Assembly: GCA_002269645.1 (NCBI GenBank)
Contig: NIVC01001116.1
Span: forward strand, 35,222 to 99,221
Length of the DNA stretch: 64,000 nt
DNA from: Macrostomum lignano
Taxonomy: Eukaryota
Reading direction: 5' to 3'
The notes beneath the pieces were generated by a model that was not told the origin of the DNA, made no database searches, and saw nothing but the letters and a program-made list of their open reading frames with translations. Below are positions 35,907-50,500 of the stretch, piece by piece. The position numbers and the translations under genes are program-made. Numbering within the stretch: the first letter of the stretch is position 1; every line of letters begins with the position of its first letter.

Positions 35907-37978
35907 TTTAGTTAGTTAGTTAGTTAGTTAGTTCATTCGTTAATTAGTTCGTTCGTTCGTTCGTTCGTTTGTTTGTTTGTTTGTTTGTTTGTTTGTTTGT
36001 TAGCACTAAGCCAGTCAGTCAGTCATGTCCATTCCGGTAACCCCTGGGCTCGCACACTCACAAGATGAAACATCGACCATAGGTCTATCTCATTGTCACA
36101 TGTACGAGTATGCGCACTTTCAAGTCTTGGTTGTTGGCCCTCGCGGATGTGCACATCACAAGAGATTCAGAAGCTTAAGCTTAGCTACAGAGAAAAAATG
36201 AAAAGCATCCATTTTAAAATAAAAAACAGCTTCTGGCGAGGAAATCTGTGTTAGCACCGGCACCGCCAAAAAGTCGATAGAGACGAATGCTGAGGAAATA
36301 AAGTCAAAGTCAAAGAATGCTACTTCGCACGTGATGATTAGTTATCATCAGGCCACAAGTTCTGATCTGGCAATCTGGCTGAGGGATCGACTTCAAGAGG
36401 CGGAAATTTCTGTGAGCTAATATTCTCTTGTTAATACTTAAAGTAGTTCACATTTTTGCGGAATTTCATTTTATATCGTTGCTTAATTTTTTAAAAATTA
36501 ATTAAGGTATGGCTCGATTGCGACTCGATGCAAGGCTCCACGTTGGAATCAATGGCTCTTGCTGTGGAATCAGCCTCAGTTGTATTGATCTGCCTGTCGC
36601 GTGGTTATAAAGAGAGTAACTCTTGTCGAATGGGTGAGAAAAAACGTTTTACCGTCGTATCTGCACTAGCAATTGCTTTATCGAACGCCTAATTTTATGT
36701 TTTAAGGAGGTTGTAGCCTAGTGGTTGAAGCGTCGAACTCACGGCTTAAAGGTCGGTGGTTCGTTGCCCAATCCCCACTCGGAACAATTTGTGACCTTAA
36801 GCAAGACAATCAACTCTGCATTGCTTCAGATCACCCAGCTGTCAAATGGGTGCCAGCATTAGCTGGGGTAATTGAGGGCGTGTGTGGCGACCCCCCAGTC
36901 CTTGGACTTAACAGCTGTACGCAGCCTTCAGATGCGCCGCGCAATAGCTGCGGCTGAGCTGTCGGTTGCAAATCTGCCCAATAGGGCAGGTGTCATCAAA
37001 TATTATTATTATTTTACACCGTACAGCAATCTGATGTCGATGACTTCGGCCGACGTTCCCAAATTCTATCGACGTCGATGACAAATACATGCTTTTACAT
37101 TACATCGACGGATGCTGTACACTGCTGTACCACCCTGTGTGAGTGTTGTTTATAAGTGCGTGCTAGCGTACAGTATTGGCGCGCTTTTATGTGCTTAGGG
37201 GTCAGCGGAATGAGCAGAACTGCCTCAGCACTGGTTGTGTGACGATATAACCTGCGAGTATTTGTTTTATTCCTTTCTCTGTGCTCGTCATGCACTCTGT
37301 TGGAAAATTTTGGCTGTGTTGCTGAGTTACTTTATGATGTCCTTACCTAAGAAGCGTCATTTGAAACATTTTTCTTTGAACTCGTATTTTTTCACAGAAG
37401 CTGAATACGCCACGCGTAGAGGAAAACGGATTTTAACGCTGCAAGCGGAGAATCGCTACGTTCCAGACGGTTGGTTGGGCATTCTAGTCGGCACCCAGCT
37501 GCTGCTGGACTTTACCAAGCCTGACGCTTGGCCAGTCAGTTTGCCTAAGCTGATTAATTCTCTCCGGCTGGCTAATGATTCATCGCTGATAACGCCTGCC
37601 CCGGCAGCCCCACCACCCTCACCGCCCCCACCACCCCAAGCTCAGCTGCAGTCTAAAGAGCAACTCCTACCCCCACAGCAGCCAACCCCACCTCCGCCTG
37701 TACAATTATCGCTTCCTCCGAAGCCACCCCACCGCCACGCGTACGCAAACTGGTCAGTTGATCACGTGACTAAATGGCTGCACGACCGCCGTTTATCGCC
37801 GCATTTGGAACCATTCCATTTGACGGGCGAACATTTGGAATTTTTAATACAACTAAGACGCGAAGCTCCGGAAGCGTTCTATCGAATGCTGGAGACGCAG
37901 TTTAGGCTAAACAATTTTCACGAAGTGTACGCGTTTGTACGCAGCCTGAAATCGTTGGAAACTGGTGGTCAAGAATGA
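32504..37978 (+). CDS. ARM-repeat-like / TIR (TIR_2-type) / SAM-like protein
   Basis: Seven in-frame exons: 32504-32782, 33329-33805, 34311-34551, 35373-35774, 36230-36411, 36507-36633, 37398-37978. TIR HVMISYHQ...VWLDCDSMQGSTLESMALAVESASVVLICLSRGYKESNSCRMEAEYA...YVPDGWLG; C-terminal WSVDHVTKWL SAM-like segment. Exon 1 assignment is less certain. Confidence 0.85.
32985..33312. repeat. 21-bp tandem repeat (CAATCCGCCCCATCAGACAGT), intronic
   Basis: Tandem copies ending just before the acceptor at 33328. Confidence 0.92.
34575..35100. repeat. 27-bp tandem repeat (GGGTGTCTGGAAGGGCTTAAGTCAACT), intronic
   Basis: Tandem copies; source of the GVWKGLSQL pseudo-ORF. Confidence 0.95.
35815..36002. 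repeat. Compound tetranucleotide microsatellite (TAGT)n(TCGT)n(TTGT)n
   Basis: Direct reading. Confidence 0.95.
36707..37014 (+). mobile_element. tRNA-headed SINE, copy 2
   Basis: GGTTGTAGCCTAGTGG head, TCACCCAGCTGTCAAATGGGTGCC core, (ATT)n tail; homologous to 2146-2455. Confidence 0.75.
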
Positions 37979-38558
37979 CGTCATTCGTGTTTTACTAGGG
38001 GATGCGACTTCATTTTTAAAGGGTTTGCTTAGCATCGAAAAGGACCTAATAACTCGATTTTGGGAGAATACTTATTAATGATAATGTCATTTTGCTTTCT
38101 ATCTTATTAGACTCCAACTTATCAATGCCTGTTTTACTACTTGTGACACACACACCAACCTGTTTGGAATCTAGACGAACAGAAAAGAAATCTCTGTTTT
38201 TCGAAGATAACTTTTTTTGCCTTATAGCGCCTTTGCTGATCACATTTATTTATTTCTTCGAGTGCTGCTTGAATAATTATTTTGCACACAATTATTACAA
38301 TAAAGATATCAAAATCACGCATTCAAAATTTTTTTAACATTTACAAACCACTTAATACTCATATTTGATGTCTACACTGGCTTCTTTGATTTAGCTATTT
38401 TATGAAAGTGCCTTCCAGGATTAAACACGTTTAATAATCACTAGTATAATCACTGTGCCATTAGTACTGAATACATTACAGTGTATCGCTAGTAAATTGT
38501 ACAGTGTAGTGAGTCGTTTTTATGATTAAAAATGTCAATACGCAAATCTTGCATGAAC

Positions 38559-41500
38559 TTACAGAAAATGAACCAGTAAACATTCTTTGATATCTTTTGC
38601 ACTTCTTGAGTCGCCAACGGCGGGCACTAGAAGTTCCAATGAACGCTTTTTCGCCGTCATATGAAAGGCATTGTCAGATAATACCGCCCTAGTTAGCCAC
38701 GGGCATAGGAACTGCAGATTCACGGCGTATAGCGTTGTCTGACCTGATGTTAGGTCAATGCGAAACTGCTGCTGACTGATCTTAGTCACGTCTACAGACT
38801 GCAATGTGAGGTGAGTGAGTTCACATCTCATCAACACCGATCTCATCAGTGAGCATCCTTATATCCTCAGCGCCGATCCTTCAGTGAGCATCCTTATCCC
38901 TCAGTGCCGATCCTTCAGTGAGCATCCCTATCCCTCAGTGCCGATCCTTCAGTGAGCATCCTTATCCCTCAGTGCCGATCCTTCAGTGAGCATCCCTATC
39001 CCTCAGTGCCGATCCTTCAGTGAGCATCCTTATCCCTCAGTGCCGATCCTTCAGTGAGCATCCTTATCCCTCAGTACCGATCCTTCAGTGAGCATCCTTA
39101 TCCCTCAGTGCCGATCCTTCAGTGAGCATCCTTATCCCTCAGTGCCGATCCTTCAGTGAGCATCCTTATCCCTCAGTGCCGATCCTTCAGTGAGCATCCT
39201 TATCCCTCAGTGCCGATCCTTCAGTGAGCATCCTTATCCCTCAGTACCGATCCTTCAGTGAGCATCCTTATCCCTCAGTACCGATCCTTCAGTGAGCATC
39301 CTTATCCCTCAGTGCCGATCCTTCAGTGAGCATCCTTATCCCTCAGTGCCGATCCTTCAGTGAGCATCCTTATCCCTCAGTGCCGATCCTTCAGTGAGCA
39401 TCCTTATCCCTCAGTACCGATCCTTCAGTGAGCATCCTTATCCCTCAGTGCCGATCCTTCAGTGAGCATCCTTATCCCTCAGTGCCGATCCTTCAGTGAG
39501 CATCCTTATCCCTCAGTGCCGATCCTTCAGTGAGCATCCTTATCCCTCAGTACCGATCCTTCAGTGAGCATCCTTATCCCTCAGTGCCGATCCTTCAGTG
39601 AGCATCCTTATCCCTCAGTGCCGATCCTTCAGTGAGCATCCTTATCCCTCAGTGCCGATCCTTCAGTGAGCATCCTTATCCCTCAGTGCCGATCCTTCAG
39701 TGAGAATATCTAACCCCTTAATAGCATTCCTTTAATTAACACCGCTGCAGCTAACAGACCTGCCATCCATCCTGTTTTTGCGACTTTATAATCTCATTTC
39801 AGTGTGTACTTTCAAGTGCGTTATCGATTCCCTTACCAATGAAGGACTTTTAAGTCGCTTAAAATTATTCGGTACATCAAAATAGTACTGCTCCGGTTGA
39901 ACATCAGGCTCTGCTCCGTTCTGTCTGTTCCAGTTTGTGACGAGTTTTGCTTCTAAAAGACAGTTGCAGGCGAGGCTGCAATTGCAGCGTTTAAGCAGAT
40001 CAGCTTCAGATTGCCGAAAGAGTTCAGTGGGGCAGTTTAGCGATGTCTGAAAAGTACATGTTTACGGATTTTTGTAGTTTCTTTTTACCACTTTTAGTCA
40101 CAGTAGTTCAGGGCAAGTCGAAGCGCACACATACTCTATTGATATTACAAGGCTTACTGGGGTAATTTCTGAGATGCCAAGGCCTACGAAGAGAACTATT
40201 GATACTGCAAGGCTTACGGAGGGGGGATTGCTAAGAGAGCCAAGGCTTACTGGCGGAATTGATGAGATTGCTTGCTTCTGGCAGATGTTTGCTATCGGGG
40301 ATGCTTTCTATCGGAGTATGCTTGCTACGAGCTATCTGGTGAATGTCGAAATCATGATCTGAATGAGAAAGGGATTCTATATATTGTGGAAATTTTCATG
40401 ATAAAGACAGCCTCGTGGAGTTTTTTGTGGGGAGCAACCAAGGATAGAATTAGGATAGCAAGCCCCAACAGGGGTTGGAATTGGCTAGTTCGTTACTAAG
40501 CTTTTTACCTACAAAACCACTCACGGAGTTCTTTATGATAGTCCAACTATTTAGCCTAGCCAGACTATCAACATCGTAGCAGTCGAAGCGAACTTCGATC
40601 TGCTCAGATCCTCTTTGGTTCGGATTGGAATCCCGGATGTAGAAAGCCTCAACTATCCTTTGCTCGCTGTCAGCCAACGCTATAGCAAGCCGTCTGTTGG
40701 CATAGTAACGCGCTGCGTAATAGTGCGTCGCTTTCCAAGCCCCTGTGACTTCGATGCTTGACCAGGTGGGCGCGGACCAGACATCGTTGAGCTGCCAGTA
40801 CATCACACCGGAAGACATGCCCTCTAGACCTCTAGCTTGATTTGCAGCCGACCGCAGGCGGCATCGATTGAATGCGTGTTGATCAGTTACTCGACGATAA
40901 ATTTCAGCTTGATCGATCTGACTAGCGTAGGACTGGTACGCGTACGTTGCTAGGCGGTCTGTGAGCTGCTTTAACTGAATAAGTATTTTTAATAGAATTG
41001 ATACATATACAAGCCTCATTAGCCAAATATTCGTAGACAAATGGAGTAGAAGAACCCAACCCTCGGAGGTTTTCTGATGTGATTTTCACTGAAGACCAGT
41101 TCACCGAACCTATCTTTCCTAGAAATGTCAGTAGATAAATGAAAAAGCTGTTCCATCAGCTTTTCTATCACGAATTCTCTTTTGTGGACCAAGTTTTATC
41201 TATGTTAAAACCCACTTTTCAATCAATATGTCAGTTTTGAGAACACAATAATACAGCACAGTCTCTAACAAAATAAATAACTTCTCGCTTTATAATTCGG
41301 AAGTTGAGAAGGTGCATTACTATCGATTAAGGCAAAGCCCACATGCAACCCGCGAAGCCTCTTTCGAAGTTTCAGTAGCATCTCAGAACAAATTTCCATA
41401 TTTCATAGCCTTGGAAGAAAAATTAACAAACCTCAGAAGACGGCACCGAAAAATTGCGTACAAGCAGCTTCCCAATGACGTCATCGTTCACGCCAATCAG

Positions 41501-44500
41501 CCACTTGGGCACCTGACTGGCAAAGTGTCTGGCATTGTGCCGGGCAATGGTCAGAGTGCCGTTCGGTTGATGCTCTCTGTGCAAGGTGAAATTAGTATCA
41601 ATGCCGATGTTCCTTGGGTCGCGAGTTGCCGACAGTACCGTGATGAGGCTTGGATGAGACTGGAAACCGAATTCCGACATTAATCTGGCCAGCGGCGTAG
41701 TCTCTGGTAGCCACATGTCCTCTGTGTAGCTGTAGAAGTGAACTGTGAGAGGGTGTTAAAATACATAACTTTACTTTTTGTTTATTCACTTGGTCTCGAT
41801 TGTGTACAAAGTGTCGCCCAAGTCTTCACGATTTCCTTGAAATGGACACTTCTATTTCCTAATGGATGCTAAATGTCATAATGGACACTTCTATCACATA
41901 ACGGACACTTATGGGTAAAAGCTAAATCGAAAGCTATGGGGGACATGCCAATGCTTCGTCCTCCCCCAGCCTTGTGACCAGTTACTGAAATCAATAGTTT
42001 TCCTTCAAGGACGCGTTTGCTTCATAACAATCACAAACGCTATTTTCTGGAATTGAGCAACCATTTCGCTGGAACGTTCATCTAAAAACATCGTCCTGTC
42101 AGCACCGAAAATTCGTTAACTCTCACCGTCGCCAAACAGTGTGCTCTGCGGCTGGTGAGCAATGCCACCCTCCCACTCTGTAGCGTCTCCGTTACTAGGC
42201 GACGATAATAGCACCAGTCGAGTTGAGTCCTCAGCAACCACCTGCTGTCTGACCAATCGCATGTACAGTTTTCTATAGTCGTCATAGTAACGCTCGGTTT
42301 GGTTGGCCCACAATGACCACCAGTCGTTGGCCAGAGCGCCTTCGTTCTCGTTGTTGCCAACCCAAACGGCCAGACTGGCTCTGTGCTGAAGCCGGCGAAC
42401 AGTGGCTCGAACTTCCGACCTCACTGTTGACAGAAATGCTTCGTCAGTAGGATAGAGAGCGCAGGCGAATGGGAAATCTTGCCAAATCATTATGCCCAGC
42501 TGGTCAGCGAGGTCGTAGAATTCGGCTCGTTCAATTGTCTGATTGCGATTGGTTTTCATCAGGTGAAAAGAGAGTTGAAGATGACAACTGTGGTTTTACT
42601 AATATATAAAATTCGTAATTTGCTCAATATCAATCGGGATGGATTTGTACAGCCTAGGCTTAATCTTGACTGAGATTTTCCGTAAGTTCAGAAGGTCAGA
42701 CTCGGAAGTTTAGACGATGAGACCCGGATGTTCAGGGAATGAGACTCAAAAGTTCAGGGGGATGAGACTCGAAAGTTCAGGGGATGAGACTCGGAAGCTC
42801 AGAACGTCAGGCTCGAAAGTTCAGAAGTTCAGACTCGGAAGTTCAGAAGGTCAAACAAAGAAATCCCGAAGGTCATAAGTAAAGTAAAATATTGCAGCTT
42901 GTTAGATCATTTCTATGGCGAATATTAATGACATAAACTACGGTAAACTCACAGAGAGTCGACCAACCAGCACTCACCCCTCCACCCCAGACGCGTAGCA
43001 TGTTGATGCCAGCAGCAGCAGCCGACCTCATCAACCAATCATAGTCGCTAACATCCGCTCCCGGAATGCTCATCCCAATCGGTACAAAATTCGAGCCTTT
43101 AATAAACACCGGCCGATTATTGACCACCAGATTGAAATTGAGTCCCTGACCAAGTTCATTACCAATCGAATTTTGTAGCAGTTGAACTTGACGAAACGCT
43201 ACCTGTCGGGTTTCCCAGTTGTCCAGCAGACGACAGTCTGGACCATCAAGGCACAGACGAACTCGAAGGGTGTACAGACGCTGACTGCCGTAACCGTTTG
43301 GCCACCAAAGGTGAGGATTGATCTGTTCAAGTTAAGTTGATTTAATGCTGTTTTTTAGCGCAAGAACTCACAAAAATACTTAAGATTCAAGCGAAAAATC
43401 AAGACTTTGGTGTCACATCCAGGGCAATAAAGTTTAACTATGAGTTTACTCAGAATGAAGAGTTTTGCGATTACAACTTGTGCGAGCTAGATCCATGCAG
43501 GACCAGAGTCTGTCAAAGTAACTTTTAGTCTGTAAGGCGACAAATTTAAAACCTTACCGATGCGCCACATTCAGAACAAATAGTTTAGAGTCAAATCCAC
43601 GCAACAAAGAGTTTAAAGCCACATCCTCAACTAAAAGTTTAGAACTAGACACAAAACAAGAAGTTTAGAGCCACATCATCACACACCCAGAACAATGAAT
43701 TTTATGCTACGAAAAACTAAACGCCATAATCCGCCATATATTCGTATATCAATCTTTAATAATAACATTTCGAGTTGTTGGTTGCTAATTGTTGGTTGAG
43801 TAGAAAACAACTTCGAGCGTGATAGTAAATTATGCAATATTTTCGGAGAAATATAAATCCAATTACTTACAATCTGATCAAACCTAACGTCGACAGTGAA
43901 ATTACTCTCTGCTGCATCAATTATAGACGGTTGGGGCGAAGTCTCTGAGGGCAGTTTGACGCATCGTTTCAAAGATTCCGTCAGTTCGTCTATCTGAGCA
44001 ACGATGCACACCTGACCAATTTTCTGATCGAACCTATCGCCAAATTTCACACCAGCAGTGGCCATTGCCCACCAAGCGTTGCTGCTGCTATCGAGACTCG
44101 GTGAGGCCGTAAATTTGACATAGTCTATGGCCAAACCCGAGTACAGGTCCAAATAGACTGCGCGCCTGCGGGAGACATTTTGTAGCCGCATACCAATATC
44201 AGCAATGTTTCGTTAGTAATCCGAACCCTCGATTGAGAATGTATTTTGAAGAACATTTCTCGTGCAAGAATTACATTTTACACTAGCCACACTCTTTGTG
44301 AATAAAATTAAGGAGGCAAAACGGATATTTGCAAACATTTGCAATATAGGTCGTATTTTCATAAATTTGCATCGTGCTACTGAGAAATTTTATAAAATAA
44401 GTAGGCTTATGCGAATTTTAATACTTTTTTGTAGTCGTGAGAATAATTATTTAGCATTCCGTGAATATTCTATGGCTTAGGTAATAAAATACACTAGAAT

Positions 44501-47500
44501 TAAAATAGAAAATCCGCTACCAAGTAACCAAGGTAACCCAAGGTGTAGCAGTCTAGACCGTAGTCGACTCTTCTTAACTTTTAAAGCTGTCAGTGAATGC
44601 ACATATAAACCCACTATGGGTGAATGCACCCATAAACCCGTAAAACGACACCACAACTAAATGAACTTCAAAAGTTCAACGACTCACCAAAGTCCCGACG
44701 TTGGTACCGCCGGGCCCCAGTCCCAGCTGAACGAATAGGCTGGCTTGCGAATGAAATTGAAGTAACACTCGCCGTTGTAGGTCAACGGCGGACAGTCTGG
44801 CGGCACTGGATAGCCAAACTTCGATGCGTAATTCTCTGCAGCTTGTCTTGCATAGACAATGGGAGACGTCAGGCTGACTGTGAGGTTGTTCTCTCCAACC
44901 TGAGGGGGATACATTTGTTGATTTGACCCCTGTCAAAACTTTTTTTAGGTCAGTGAACCCATTTGTAAGGCTTGACTAGAAAATATGCCACAACAGTAGC
45001 GCTACCAAGAAGCAAGGTCGAATCGCCTCAGCAGTACTTGGTTGTGGGAAAATGTCGCTGAGAGCGTTGCGTCAGGGTGGACCTACATAGATTCTTTATT
45101 ATAAACGCTCCAAAGTCCTGAAATTTTAGCAAGCAACTTACAACTAACAAGCTCTTCACACTGATTCGGTACTCTCTCCAGTAGTTATCGCAGCTGGCTA
45201 TTAGATGACGATTGTTCAGAATCACCTGACCGATGGTGTCAACACCATCTAGTACCAAGTCTATTGCGGCCGATGATTGGGCAGCGCTGTGGTTGACTGA
45301 AAATTTTCAAACGTAAAGTAATATTTATGTCGAAAATTGTTGCTTAAAGTTCTTTCTAAGCGAACTCCTAGACAGTAGGTTGCTGAGCAGCCACCACCGC
45401 TCAGCAGGTTGCTGCGCCAGCCTCCCAGATCCTCAGTGGCTGTACCAGCATCCCACATCCAGAGTTGCTGGGCCAGCCTCACAGATCCTCAGTTGCTGGG
45501 CCAGCATCCCAGAGTGTCAGTTGCTGGGCCAGCCTCCCAGACCCTCAGTTTCTTGGCCAGCGTCCCACATCCCCAGTTGCTGGGCCAGCATCCCAGATCC
45601 TCAGTTGCTGGGCCAGCCTCCCAGTTTCCCAGTTGCTGGGCCAGCCTCTCAGATCCTCAGTTGCTGGGCCAGCCTCCTAGATCCCCAGTTGCTGAGCCAG
45701 CCTCCCAGATCCCCAGTTTCTTGGCCAGCCTCCCAGATCCCCAGTTGCTGAGCCAGCCTCCCAGATCCTCAGTTGCTGGGCCAGCCTCCCAGATCCTCAG
45801 TTGCTGGGCCAGCCTCCCAGATCCCCAGTTGCTGAGCCAGCCTCCCAGATTCTCAGTTGCTGGGCCAGCCTCTCAGATCCCCAGTTTCTAGGCCAGCCTC
45901 CCAGAGTGTCAGTTGCTGGGCCAGCATCCCAGAGTGTCAGTTGCTGGGCCAGCATCCCAGAGTGTCAGTTTCTTGGCCAGCCTCCCGGATTTTTTCTATC
46001 TTTCTGTCTCCGAGGGCATAGCGTGGCAACTTTAATACATAAAGCATCATTGCATTAAACTCTGATGTTTGGAAACAGCTATTCGGTTTAGATGTTTACA
46101 AAATAGCAGCTCAGTTTTTTTAGAAATTTTCCACAAAATTTCCGCAGAGTATTCGTAGGACTAGAAGCCTGGCCACACCCAAGCCACTCTCAGTATCTCA
46201 GTACGCCGGTACTTAATTGCTTTGCGTTCAATACTTGAGCATTGACAAGCATGCGGTGAGCTCTCAACTGCTTTCCTTACTTTCTTGTGAAACAATAGCA
46301 TGAATTGTCACAAGCATTGCCATTCTGCCACTTTGCGTCACATTTCTGTCTTGTTTTTGAATCTGCGCAGCCTCCACTGAGACTGAAATCCACTTCGCGT
46401 TCATTCTGAGCAAAAAAATATGCTTATATTATAGTGTGTTTTCGCTATTGAAAAACATTGCTACTTTCGGAGCATTGTGGACAGGGGAATTCAAGACAAT
46501 GGTGTATAAAATCTGAAAACGCACAATAAATTTCTTAGACCAGTTGAGCCAACCTCATCTATTCGTTAAGCAATGCACAGAGCGGCTACTGAGTCTGTCG
46601 GACAAGCCCCAAATTTGCTTTTTTTCTCTTTTAATTGTCCTTCTGGCATCTGCATCTCTCTCACTTCACCTGACCTCTATTTCTCTGTCCTATTTGTGAA
46701 AAATATGTTTTTCTCGCACGCAAATTGCTACGCTCGCACTGTTCAACCAAAAAAACAGAAGCTTTTCTATCTCTCTCTCCCCCCCCCTCGTATTCACCAT
46801 GGCAACCGAGTGTTATAAATGGCAGGATTTCTCAGTAATTTTTTTTTCAAAAAGCAACGACAAGCAACAAACTTCTAAGAAATACGGATTGCAAATATGA
46901 AATACTTGATTGTCTCTGTTGCCATTTTGGCTGCTTTTATCTGTAAGTTTCCAATATTAATTCTCTGTAACCTGTTAGATACAGAGGAGTCACCTGTTAG
47001 ACACAGAGGAGTCACCTGTTAGACACAGAGGAGTCACCTGTTAGACACAGAGGAGTCACCTGTTAGACACAGAGGAGACACCTGTTAGACACAGTGAGTC
47101 ACCTGTTAGACACAGAGGAGACACCTGTTAGACACAGTGAGTCACCTGTTAGACACAGAGGAGACACCTGTTAGACACAGAGGAGACACCTGTTAGACAC
47201 AGAGGAGTTACCTGTTAGACACAGAGGAGTCACCTGTTAGACACAGAGGAGTCACCTGTTAGACACAGAGGAGACACCTGTTAGACACAGAGGAGACACC
47301 TGTTAGACACAGTGAGTCACCTGTTAGACACAGAGGAGACACCTGTTAGACATAGAGGAGACACCTGTTAGACACAGAGGAGTCACCTGTTAGACACAGA
47401 GGAGTCACCTGTTAGACACAGAGGAGTCACCTGTTAGACACAGAGGAGACACCTGTTAGACACAGTGAGTCACCTGTTAGACACAGAGGAGTTACCTGTT

Positions 47501-50500
47501 AGACACAGAGGAGTCACCTGTTAGACACAGAGGAGACACCTGTTAGACACAGTGAGTCACCTGTTAGACACAGAGGAGTTACCTGTTAGACACAGAGGAG
47601 TCACCTGTTAGACACAGAGGAGACACCTGTTAGACACAGAGGAGACACCTGTTAGACACAGAGGAGTTACCTGTTAGACACAGAGGAGTCACCTGTTAGA
47701 CACAGAGGAGTCACCTGTTAGACACAGAGGAGACACCTGTTAGACACAGAGGAGACACCTGTTAGACACAGTGAGTCACCTGTTAGACACAGAGGAGTTA
47801 CCTGTTAGACACAGAGGAGTCACCTGTTAGACACAGAGGAGACACCTGTTAGACACAGAGGAGTCACCTGTTAGACACAGAGGAGACACCTGTTAGACAC
47901 AGTGAGTCACCTGTTAGACACAGAGGAGTTACCTGTTAGACACAGAGGAGTCACCTGTTAGACACAGAGGAGACACCTGTTAGACACAGAGGAGACACCT
48001 GTTAGACACAGAGGAGTTACCTGTTAGACACAGAGGAGTCACCTGTTAGACACAGAGGAGTCACCTGTTAGACACAGAGGAGACACCTGTTAGACACAGA
48101 GGAGACACCTGTTAGACACAGTGAGTCACCTGTTAGACACAGAGGAGACACCTGTTAGACATAGAGGAGACACCTGTTAGACACAGAGGAGTCACCTGTT
48201 AGACACAGAGGAGTCACCTGTTAGACACAGAGGAGTCACCTGTTAGACACAGAGGAGACACCTGTTAGACACAGAGGAGTCACCTGTTAGACACAGAGGA
48301 GTCACCTGTTAGACACAGAGGAGACACCTGTTAGACACAGAGGAGACACCTGTTAGACACAGAGGAGTCACCTGTTAGACACAGAGGAGACACCTGTTAG
48401 ACACAGAGGAGACACCTGTTAGACACAGTGAGTCACCTGTTAGACACAGAGGAAACACCTGTTAGATATAGAGGAGACACCTGTTAGACACAGAGGAGTC
48501 ACCTGTTAGACACAGAGGAGTTACCTGTTAGACACAGAGGAGTCACCTGTTAGACACAGAGGAGTCACCTGTTAGACACAGAGGAGTCACCTGTTAGACA
48601 CAGAGGAGTCACCTGTTAGACACAGAGGAGACACCTGTTAGACACAGAGGAGACACCTGTTAGACACAGTGAGTCACCTGTTAGACACAGAGGAGACACC
48701 TGTTAGACATAGAGGAGACACCTGTTAGACACAGAGGAGACACCTGTTAGACACAGAGGAGTTACCTGTTAGACACAGAGGAGTCACCTGTTAGACACAG
48801 AGGAGTCACCTGTTAGACACAGAGGAGACACCTGTTAGACACAGAGGAGTCACCTGTTAGACACAGAGGAGTCACCTGTTAGACACAGAGGAGACACCTG
48901 TTAGACACAGAGGAGACACCTGTTAGACACAGTGAGTCACCTGTTAGACACAGAGGAGACACCTGTTAGACATAGAGGAGACACCTGTTAGACACAGAGG
49001 AGTCACCTGTTAGACACAGAGGAGTCACCTGTTAGACACAGAGGAGACACCTGTTAGACACAGAGGAGACACCTGTTAGACACAGAGGAGACACCTGTTA
49101 GACGGAAGAGTTAGGGACAGTTTCCATAGAGACAGATTGATCACGCAGCCCATCATTTAATTTTCACAGCGAACGCTGCTGCGTCGATCACCTGCTACTC
49201 GAGGTCCTCATCGACTAGCTATACCAGCAACGGAACTACGACCCTCTGTGCCTTTGACAGCAGCTGCTACACATATGACTACGGAGAAGTGCGTCACACG
49301 CTCGTTTTAGCCTGACTCTTTCCTGACACCCACTGATTCCTTCCCGACACCCACTGATTCCTTCCTGAAACCAGTGACTCCTTCCCGACACCCACTGACT
49401 CCTTCTTGACACCCACTGATTCCTTCCCGACACCCACTGACTCCTTCCTGAAACCAGTGACTCCTTCCCGACACCCACTGACTTCTTCTTGACACCCACT
49501 GATTCCTTCCCGACACCCACTGACTCCTTCCCGACACCCACTGACTCTTTCCCGACACCCACTGACTCTTTCCCAACACCACTGACTCTTTCCCAACACC
49601 CACTGACTCTTTCCCGACACCCACTGACTCCCTCCAGACACCACTGACTCTTTCCCAACACCACTGACTCTTTACCGACACCCACTGATTCTTTCCCGAC
49701 ACCCACTGACTCCTTCCAGACACCACTGACTCTTTCCCAACACCCACTGACTCTTTCCCGACACCCACTGACTCCCTCCAGACACCACTGACTCTTTCCC
49801 AACACCACTGACTCTTTCCCGACACCCACTGACTCCCTCCAGACACCACTGACTCTTTCCCGACACCCACTGACTCCCTCCAGACACCACTGACTCTTTC
49901 CCGACACCCACTGACTCCCTCCAGACACCACTGACTCTTTCCCAACACCCACTGACTCCCTCCAGACACCACTGACTCTTTCCCGACACCCACTGACTCC
50001 CTCCAGACACCACTGACTCTTTCCCGACACCCACTGACTCCCTCCAGACACCACTGACTCTTTCCCAACACCACTGACTCCCTCCAGACACCACTGACTC
50101 TTTCCCGACACCCACTGACTCCCTCCAGACACCACTGACTCTTTCCCGACACCCACTGACTCCCTCCAGACACCACTGACTCTTTCCCAACACCCACTGA
50201 CTCCCTCCAGACACCACTGACTCTTTCCCGACACCCACTGACTCCCTCCAGACACCACTGACTCTTTCCCGACACCCACTGACTCCCTCCAGACACCACG
50301 GACTCTTTCCCAACACCACTGACTCTTTCCCGACACCCACTGATTCTTTCCCGGCACCCACTGACTCCTTCCAGACACCACTGACTCTTTCCCGACACCC
50401 ACTGACTCCCTCCAGACACCACTGACTCTTTCCCGACACCCACTGACTCCCTCCAGACACCACTGACTCTTTCCCAACACCACGGACTCTTTCCCAACAC

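Noticed and set aside
2370-36790. tRNA genes at about 2370-2455, 9174-9245 and 36707-36790
   Set aside because: A/B boxes are present but no full cloverleaf could be built, and they continue into SINE-like bodies.
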